DNA from: Cycas panzhihuaensis
Taxonomy: Eukaryota > Plantae > Cycadophyta
Reading direction: 5' to 3'
Assembly (NCBI GenBank): GCA_023213395.1
Contig: CM041465.1
Coordinates: forward strand, 164,555,741-164,619,740
Length of the DNA: 64,000 nt
The translations under genes were made by a program, and so were the position numbers. Numbering within the stretch: position 1 is the stretch's first letter; each line of letters opens with the position of its first letter. This document shows, piece after piece, positions 38,160-47,538 of this stretch. Below the pieces are notes generated by a model, which was not told the origin of the DNA, made no database searches, and saw only the letters and a list, made by a program, of their open reading frames with translations.

Positions 38160-40287
38160 CCTAGTTGATATAGGGTTTCTACTAGCTGTCGTTCACCTGT
38201 GTTGGTAACAAAGGTCCATGAATCTCATGGAGTTGCACTGAATTGTTTTCAAATATCCTTTTGGCAATGTATGGTCCCAACCAATGCATCTTCAATTTCC
38301 CAAGATGTGTTTTAAACTTGCTATCACACAACAAAGCTTGGTTGCCTTCCTTAAACTATGGCATTCATAAATGACGATCGTGTCATGCTTTTTGTTGTCT
38401 CTTTTCTATGCCTTGTAACCATTTCACCATCTGTCTTGTCTCCTCCAATCATATTAGTTCTTCCAACCTTTTCTATAGGGAATGGAAGTTATCTAGTCGA
38501 CACTGCATGGCCACCCTTAAACTTGGGATTTCAAATTCGGTCAGAAGAATGGCTTCAATCTCGTATACAAGTTGAAATGGCATTTGTCCTGTTGATCTCT
38601 TGTACGTCATCCTGAAAGTGTTAGAACTTTCATTCCTAGCATTAAGTCTTGACCTTGTGTATTTATATTTTTGTCACTTTAGGCCCTTAATCCTAAAGTG
38701 TCATTTGTTGCATTATAAAATTGTCTTTTGTCCTGTAGTGACTTTCCTCACATGTGCTTGTGAGAAGTCAACGTTTGTGGGCTTTGTCTTGTAGTGACTT
38801 TCCTCACATGTGTTTGTGAGAAGTCAACGCCAGGGCTCTAACCTTATCCTTGGAGATAGTAGAGTCCTAATCAGATTAGGCTCCTAGTCTTGATCAGTGA
38901 CATGTGTTGAGATCCTGATCATCCATTCTCCTTTATAAGGAGCCCTATTCTTATGTTTTGGCATGTAGTATTTTGTGTTAGTGTTATGCTGCTGTAAGTA
39001 TTTCTTATAGGTGAAGTATTGAGAGTAATTCTCCTTCATGTTTGTATGTGAGATAGGTTGAGTTGAGGTTTAATACTCCTCCCTATCATCTTTCATATTT
39101 GTACTACATCATTTTCATTAATCTAAGACTTTGTCCTTCACATTACGATGTCCTCATCGACTTCTCAATAGATTCTGGTTCCTGTGTGTTGTCTCCATTT
39201 AGTCTTTCAGAAAGCCCATAATACCGATGGTAGCTTTTCGACCCAATCCGATCTCCCCATGTCATAGATATTCCACAAACAGTTTTCGATAATTTTATTG
39301 GAACTCTCAGCTTGTTTGTTGGCTCTTGGATAGTAGGGTGTAGATTTTCGATGATTGATCATGAACGTCGATGCCAATATTTCTATAGTTTGATTTAAGA
39401 AGTGAACTCCTTGGTCACTTATGATCTCCGATGGACATCCAAACCATGTTATGATTACTTCATATAGAAATCGGGTTGTCCTTTCTGAATCGGCTCTTCT
39501 GAGTGCTCGTGCTTCCACCCACATAGTCATATAGTTTGTTGCCACTAAGATAAAGAAGGCTTGGGATCGTTGACCAGCTGGTTTGATTGGTATGACGAGG
39601 TCAAGTCCCCATTTTTCAAATGGTGCCAAGAGTAGAATAGGGTGGAGAGGTTGGAAATCCTATCAATTAGGTTTTCCTACCCTCTGGTAATAGTCACATT
39701 TCTGTATCCATTTCCTCACATCCTCGAACATCAATGGCCACCAAAAACTTGATGTTAGCACTTTCCTCCATGTTGCCATCTTTCCCATATCACCTTTGGC
39801 TACTCCCTTGTGTGCTTGGGCCATGATTTGATTAATTTCATGTGATCTCATGCATTGACATAACACTTCATCAAGCCCCAACTTATATAATTCTCCTTCA
39901 ATTAATTAATACGATTCTGCCTTCCGTATAACGTTTCGTCATTTTGTTCTATCCATCCTAGGCGGTAGTTCATCTATTACCAAATGTTCTGGTATTCCCT
40001 CCTACGCTTCTGTTGGGACTGCCTCTATGCTAAATAAGGTTGCGTCTGAAAAGTCATCCGGCACTCCTGTGACTTTTTCTTTGTTGGTAATCCTTGATAA
40101 TTAATCTGGTATCACATGAGCTCTCCCAGGTTTCACCATTATTTTGAATGAAAACTCTTGAAATAACATAAGCCATTTGCTAATTTGTCCTTTAATTATG
40201 GGTTTGTTCACTAGATACATAAGAGCTTGGTGGTCCAAAAAAAAAGGAATGGATTGGACAACAAGTAATATAGGAATTTTTGTAATA
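38160..40287 (-). pseudogene. Gypsy 2 RNase H end and integrase (interrupted at about 38436-39206)
   Basis: AHKGVAKGDMG...FWWPLMFED...CDYYQR, APFEKWGLDLV, SDQGVHFLN, STPYYPRANKQAE and KLKMHWLGPY. Confidence 0.9.
38436..39206. mobile_element. Foreign LTR-like fragment replacing part of the integrase; contains a 2 x ~47-bp repeat (period 56 bp) at 38727-38829
   Basis: Integrase homology to element 1 breaks here. TGTAGTGACTTTCCTCACATGTG(C/T)TTGTGAGAAGTCAACG occurs twice. Confidence 0.5.
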
Positions 40288-40292
40288 CATAC

Positions 40293-40787
40293 TGTTAAAC
40301 CTTATGTTTAAATGTTAAGTTAATGTACTTTTATTTTTCATGTAATATATGCACTTTTTACTTTAGGGGTGACTTATCACTTAAGTGATAAAGTGCACAC
40401 CCACATTCTTTCTAGTGACACAACGTTGTCACTAAAGGGTCAAATGGACCCTCATGCACTTTTTGAGGATCCAAGGCATGTATCTTGGATGTTTGACACT
40501 TGTCAAACATCCAAGGCCTTAGGTCTCTCATTTCACTCTATATAATGAGACCTCTCCTCATTGTCTCAAAAGAAGAGTAAGAGTTGTATTGTTATGCTAT
40601 CAGTTTGCTAATCAAACTGTTTCTTCTTGGGAGGTTGGACCAATTCCAACTCCACATATTGGGTATCATTTTCTCTTGCTCCTATTTCTCTTTGTGCTCT
40701 TTATGCTTTCATGCTTTCATGCATTTGTAGTATTGTGCTTGTACTTATGATCTTGGGACTAATGTGGCCTAATGCCCATTTTTCACA
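40293..40787 (+). repeat. C2 5' LTR (495 bp)
   Basis: TGTTAAAC...TTTTCACA, with TATA-like TATATAA at about 40539. Confidence 0.95.
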
Positions 40788-42562
40788 TTTGGTATCAGAG
40801 CCTTAAGGTCTCTGTTTAAGCAACTTAGTTTTTTATCTCTGTCATTTGTGTTTGGAAGACTGCCAAGTCAGCATTCCTCATCGCCAGATTCCGGTCATCA
40901 AGAAGATTACGGCCGCCTCGGCTAGCCACCAACTCGGTATCTGAGCCGCCACCTCATCGAAGACCGCCAACTCGGCTTTTATCTCCATCGGTGTCATCTA
41001 GCTCACATTCCATTCGGCGAGATCACACTATCCAGCCACCTCAGCGTTCTGTCCTTTCTTCATTCACTCAGCTGTTTTATCTCATTAAGTGCAGTCGGCT
41101 CGGCTTTCACTAGCATCGGTTGAGCAGATCATCGACTCAACATTCCTCACCGGTGATCGGTCCCATCTTCTCGCCGGCTAGGCATCAAGCCCGACTCACA
41201 GTCCAGTTCATTAGCAAAAGACTGTCCATTCTCAGCTCAGACTCAACAGTTTTCCAGCTTCTCTCTCTGTCCAGATCAGCATTAATTGCCAGCATACTCA
41301 GCTGAGTCAACATCGACTCACTTTGCCACCAAGATTCAAGCGCCAGCGCCAACTCAAGAAGCTCTTCAACACTGCGGCCAGGGTCTTCAAAGAAGTCCAA
41401 TTCGACACCGCCCTTGCGAAGGCCAACTCAGTCATCATTGAAAAATTCAAATCTCTTTTTAGCATATTTTTTATCAATATGCTCATGTGATTTCTCTTTT
41501 AAGGTTTTAAGAGATTTTTTTTAATTTTCTCAAGGGGGGAATTTCTAAAAGACTTTAAGTCTTTATAGCTGGGCTTACTTAAAGCTTTTTTTTACAAACA
41601 TTGGCAGTCTTGATTCTCAAAAGTACTTTTGTACTTACTGTTTTAAGCTCTTTTAGCACACTTTCTTGCTATTGAAGCATCATTGAGCTTGATTAATGTA
41701 ATCAAAAGGAATATTTACATTGTAAAGGTGAAGAAAATTATCACCTAACTTCAGCTTTTGGCACCTTGCATGGTGACCTTGGCCTTCTTAAGTTCAAAAA
41801 GGGAAGGCTCATTGTGAAACTTAATAAAATCACAATTTTCTTGTTGGGTTGTTGAGACATTTTAAGTCTCAACAGCTACTGCGTGGAGTTTTGTGTTGGC
41901 TTTGGAGCATTTCTTAAGTACACTTTTCTTGTGACTTCATCACTTCATCAGATTTTGAAGGTTAAAAGGAACCCTCTTTTGCTGTCATCAAAGGTTCCTT
42001 ACATCATTTTTTTTAAGTACTCAAAGTACTTTATCATTGTACTCAAGCATACATAGCACCTCACTTGGATCATAAAGCACTTGAAATCTGTTTTGTGCTC
42101 ATTCTTTGTAAGCCATAACGGCATAAAAAATCCAAGTAAGAAGATTCACTTAGACTTGTTTAAAAGTGAATTTAAAATCATTGGAGAGGCTCGAAAAGGT
42201 TCAAACCTTGCCTCTAAATTAACCTTAAGCTTGGTGCATTCCCTAGGGGACCAACCGACCGCAGTCGATTGCACGACAATTAAGGTTGCTTGAGGGAAAG
42301 GAGGTTCGAAAAGGGTGTTATTGGGGTCATGAATCCGGGGAAAGCATGGTACGTCCATGCGGATCAACCCTACACCTTGTCCTAGATTTAACTTGGTCCT
42401 CCACCTCAATAGCCAGAGTCCTCCACCTCTCTTCACCCCATCGGTTGTTGGATCTTCTTGTAAGATCAGGACTAGTGGTGTTGTTTGAGGGTGGGTCTTA
42501 AGCGACAAAGCTTTGAAGTTTCCAAGTTATCTGCTAGCTTCAAGTGTTAATCAAGTGGAAAG

Positions 42563-45500
42563 ATGGCTGCCATACATATGCTTAATGCATGTATCATAAG
42601 GCTAACGGGGCAATCAAATTATCAAGAATGGAAAAGAATCACAAAAAATCTCTTGATAATGAATGAGTTAAGGGATATGTTTTGGAAGAATCCCCAATCC
42701 TACACTTGTGGTTAATAATAATCAAAGCTGCCGGTGGATGTTGTTGCTGCATGGGAGGCCAAAGACGAAATTGCTTTGGCATTCATTCGTATGGTTGTGG
42801 ACATAAATGTAGATCAAAATATTTCTTCTGCACTATCTTCTAAAGAAGCATGGGACACCTTGTCCTCTTTGTATGAAAGGAGATGAAGCTCGCATTTTGA
42901 TGATAAAAGCTAAATTGTACTCCATCAAATTTGTAAAACCGATGTCGGCATTCTTGTCCTCCATTAAGGAGGTTTGTAATGAATTAACTACTTTAGGTAG
43001 TCCAGCCACAAGAGATGAAATCATAGCCTCCATCACAAAAGCATTACCAAAGGACTACAACGACTTTATATCATCAACTACGAGATGGTTCACTAAGGGG
43101 ATGACATTCAATCAACTTGAAAGCTTATTGCTTCTAGAAGAACAAATTTATGCTAAGGATAATGAAAACCATCTACAACAGTGCTTTCACAAAGAAGGGC
43201 AAAGACAAATCAAAAATCCAAAGCGCATTCACAAAAGCAGTTTGGAAATATGAACATTGGCTCTTCCAAGTCCAATGTAGTATGCCATTATTGTGGCATT
43301 CCTGGCCACATTGCACTGAGTGCGAGAAGAAGCAAGCGGATTTTCAAGACAAGGCAGATGGTACCACGGTGGTCAAAGTCGGCCACAGGGTCAAAGACAA
43401 CAGCAGCCACGACAACAGTTTCAACAAAGATTTCAACAGTCAGATCAGCAGCAAAATCCCCCTCGACCAAATCGAGGTGCCTATCGAGGAGGTCCAAGAG
43501 GAGGGGGGGGTCAAAGACGTGGCTACCAACGCCATTCTAATCAGTTTGCCAATGATGACAAACTACTTTGTGCATACTAATCATCCAACATTGACAACAC
43601 TTGGATTGTCGATTCAGGAGCTTCTCGACATATGACAGGGAGTGAAGAACTCCTTTGCAGCATCAAGGAAGGTAAAGGTCAATCAGTGACCTTTGGAAAT
43701 GCTGAATCAGTTGAGATTTCAAGAATAGGCACCATAGCTCTTTTTCATTCTCCTCAAAATCCTTCCTCATCATTTCCCAATAGTGATGCCTACTTCATTC
43801 CTTCTATGGAGAAGAATCTGCTATCTGTTAGCCAGATGAACAAGCAACACATGAGCGTACTATTTAAAAATGGGAAATGTATCATTTGTGACCAAGATGA
43901 TCAGATCGTAGCTGTAGCCTACGAGGATCAAGGTCTTTACAAGTTGGATGCCAATAATATTACTCTTGATTCTGCCTACTCTGGGTCCACATCTTTGTCA
44001 AAAATTCAGTTATGGCATCAACGTCTAGGACATTTAAGCCTAGACAATTTGAGACAGATGATAAACAAAAGCATGGTGTATGGGCTTCCAAAGATGTATG
44101 GTTCAAAATGTCCTTGCGAAGCTTGCATAATGGGGACACAACATGTTTGCTACCGCTTTTCCTAAAGGCAAAGCATGGCGTGCATCTTATCCTTTGCAAT
44201 TAGTTCACTCAGACTTGTGTGGACCCATGTCCACCACTCCTTTGGAGGAGCGAGGTACTACATATCTTTTATTGATGACTTCTCTCACAAAGTCTGGGTC
44301 TACTTCCTAAAGCAAAAATCAGAAGCCTTCTCCAAGTTCAAAGAGTTCAAGGCGGAGTAGAAAATGAATCTGGCTACTTAATTAGGACATTAAGGTCAGA
44401 TAATGGAGGTGAATTCACTTCAAATGAATTCAACCAATTCTGCAAGGATAATGGAATTGGAGACAACTCACGACTCCTCATACTCCTCAGCAAAATGGAG
44501 TCTCCGAGAGGATGAATAGCACTTTGGCTAATAAAGCCAAAACAATGATGCATGCAAAAGGGCTTCCAAGTGCTTCTTGGGCGAAGCATTTCATACAATG
44601 CCTATGTGGCCAATCGAAGTCCTACAATGATCACCGATATCACACCCGAGGAGGCATGGTGCGGAAAGAAGCCAACTATCGACCATTTGAGGACATTCGG
44701 ATGTCTGCGTATATGCACATACCGGATCAACAAAGAACAAAGTTGGACAAACATAGCCTCAAATGCATCTTTGTAGGATATGCAATCCATAGCAAAGCCT
44801 ACAAGTTGTATGATCCAGTTGGGAGAAAATGCATCTCTCAAGAGATGTAATCTTTGTTGAGGATGATAAAAAAGAGTTGGATATGGCATCAATCCAACCC
44901 CCCATTGACAAAGGGAAAAAGATTGTTGAGGACTTCCCTTCCCCTCAATCTTACACACCATGTTCTTCATCTACACCTTCTGTACCATCTACTTCATCTT
45001 CATCTACTCCACTTGAACCTTCCACTTCATCTTCTGCTGCTCCTACACTTAGACCAGAAGACATTGAGGTTCATGCCACATCATTTCAGAAGGTACCTAA
45101 GTGGTACACTCAGATGGTACAGGATGGTCATATCATTGAAGGGAAACATCCATCAAAGTATCTAAGAAGAACAAACTTTGCACTTATGGTCAAGTGCTTT
45201 CTATTGATGAGCCTACTACCTTGCAGAGGCTTCACAAAGTGATAGTTGGAAAGTCGCCATGGATGAGGAGATTCAATCCATTCACAAGAATGGTACTTGG
45301 GACTTGGTCGAATTGCCTCCACACAAACAGCAATCGGTTGTAAATGGGTCTACAAGACCAAATTCCATTCGATGGGACACTCAAGCGACATAAAGCAAGA
45401 CTTGTAGCAAAGGGGTTTAAACAAAAGAAGGAATTGATTACGAGGAGACCTTTGCACTGTAGCAAACATGAACACCATCGACTTCTCTTGGCCTTAGCCG

Positions 45501-46710
45501 CACAATGCAAATGGCAGATATCGGATGGACGTGAAGAGCGCCTTCCTCAACGGCGATCTTCAAGAGGAGGTATACTTGGAGCAACCTCGGTTACAAGGAA
45601 CAAGGCAAGGAGCATTTGGTATGTTGCCTCAAGAAGGCTTTGTATGGCTTGAAACAAGCTCCTAGGGCATGGTACGCAAAAATCGATGAATACTTTTTGA
45701 GACATGGGTTTCATCGATCCACATCTGATCCAAACTTGTACATCAAACATGAACATCACCATGTCATTTATATTGCCTTGTATGTAGATGACTTAGTGAT
45801 CACGGTGATGACACTAAGCTCATCAATGTTCTCCAAGATGATTTGAAGAGGAGTTTTGAGATGACCCGATCTTGGACTTCTCCATTATTTCCTAGGCTTT
45901 GAGGTATGGCGTGACCGGGCTATATCTTCATTTCCCAAGCAAAATATTCTTGGGACATCTTGCAGATTCGGGATGCACGATCGCAAGAGGCGCCTACACC
46001 CATGGAGAACGGCACCAAGCTTTCTCTTAATGAGGAAGTCGAACCAAAGATTCCACTCTTTATCGATCGTTGATTGGTAGCTTGATATATCTCACCAACA
46101 CTCGTCCGGACATTTCATTTGCGGTTGGGATTTGCTCTCGTTACATGTCTCAACCCAATCGGATACATGGAATGCGAAAACGCATACTCAAGTATATCAA
46201 AGGAACATTGCGGCTTGGACTTGAGTATGTACCTAAGGAGAACTTCACTTTGGAGGGTTCTCTCGATTCGATTAGGCGGTGATGCCGGGATAGCGGGACA
46301 TCTACCTCGGGTTCTTGTTTTACCCTTGGTTCAACAATTGTTTCATGGAGTTGCAAGAAGCAACCAAATGTTACCTTGTCCTCCAGGCGAGAATACAAAG
46401 TTGCGATCAGTATGACTTGTGAGGCTATCGGCTCGACGGATTCTTGGTGAGCTTGGATTTCGGCGGCAATGACCGACCTTCATTGTGACAATTAGAGTGT
46501 CCTCAAGCTAACTAAGAATCCTGCTTTTCCACGCACGGACCAAGCATATTGAAGTTCACCACCATTTCATCGGGGAGCATGTACACGTGGTGAGATCACA
46601 CTTCAATATCGACCAACCGAGCAACAAGCGGCGGATATCTTTACCAAGCCACTTGGTAGAGACAAATTTGTAAAATTTAGAGATGGTCTTGGTGTCGACT
46701 TAACATTATA
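42563..46710 (+). pseudogene. C2 gag-pol, frameshifted in this assembly
   Basis: ATG at 42563 (MAAIHMLNAC). CHYCGIPGHIA, WIVDSGASRHMTG, LWHQRLGHLS, LYGLKQAPRAWY and FHARTKHIEVHHHF. Confidence 0.93.
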
Positions 46711-46724
46711 AGCGATGAAGGGGG

Positions 46725-47279
46725 TGTTAAACCTTATGTTTAAATGTTAAGTTAATGTACTTTTATTTTTCATGTAATATATGCACTTTTTACTTTAGGG
46801 GTGACTTATCACTTAAGTGATAAAATGCACAGCCACATTCTTTCTAGTGACACAACGTTGTCACTAAAGGGTCAAATGGACCCTCATGCACTTTTTGAGG
46901 ATCCAAGTCATGTATCTTGGATGTTTGACACTTGTCAAACATCCAAGGCCTTAGGTGAGGATCCAAGGCATGTATCTTGGATGTTTGACACTTGTCAAAC
47001 ATCCAAGGCCTTAGGTCTCTCATTTCACTCTATATAATGAGACCTCTCCTCATTGTCTCAAAAGAAGAGTAAGAGTTGTATTGTTATGCTATCAGTTTGC
47101 TAATCAAACTGTTTCTTCTTGGGAGGTTGGACCAATTCCAACTCCACATATTGGGTATCATTTTCTCTTGCTCCTATTTCTCTTTGTGCTCTTTATGCTT
47201 TCATGCTTTCATGCATTTGTAGTATTGTGCTTGTACTTATGATCTTGGGACTAATGTGGCCTAATGCCCATTTTTCACA
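46725..47279 (+). repeat. C2 3' LTR (555 bp) with a 60-bp tandem duplication at 46896-47015
   Basis: Equals the 5' LTR plus one extra copy of TGAGGATCCAAG...CATCCAAGGCCTTAGG. Confidence 0.95.
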
Positions 47280-47282
47280 TTG

Positions 47283-47533
47283 GTTCGTTTTACCATCACA
47301 CCAAAACCTCGAGGCAGTAGTGGAGAGGATGCCGCGGAAAGTTAACACGCCCCGCCGCGGTGACGCACCCACCGACCCCAGCCATTAAGGCGCATCCGCC
47401 ATCTACCAATTTGTGGTACCGACGGGAGAGGCACGGGAATGGACCCGACGACGTAGGCTCTAATACCAGTTCGTTTTACCATCACACCAAAACCTCGAGG
47501 CAGTAGTGGAGAGGATGCTGCGGAAAGTTAACA
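47283..47533 (-). mobile_element. Miniature non-autonomous LTR element (TRIM-like), 251 bp, 65-bp LTRs
   Basis: Direct repeats at 47283-47347 and 47469-47533 (1 mismatch). PBS TGGTATTAGAGC (47457-47468, minus). PPT-like GGCGGGGCG before TGTTAAC. GC-rich 121-bp interior. Confidence 0.92.
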
Positions 47534-47538
47534 CATAC

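Larger units (their letters stand above)
40293..47279 (+). mobile_element. Young full-length Ty1/Copia element C2 (same family as C1)
   Basis: LTRs 40293-40787 and 46725-47279. PBS TGGTATCAGAGC at 40790-40801. PPT GAAGGGGG ends at 46724. Left flank CATAC. Confidence 0.97.

Noticed and set aside
46896-47015. CRISPR-like palindromic repeats
   Set aside because: Two tandem units without unique spacers, inside a eukaryotic LTR, and no cas genes.
47283-47533. Cassandra/5S rRNA-bearing TRIM
   Set aside because: Only a short AGTAGT...AGGATG resemblance to 5S. The A-box AGTTAAGCGTGC and GGGTGACC are missing, so it is not supportable.
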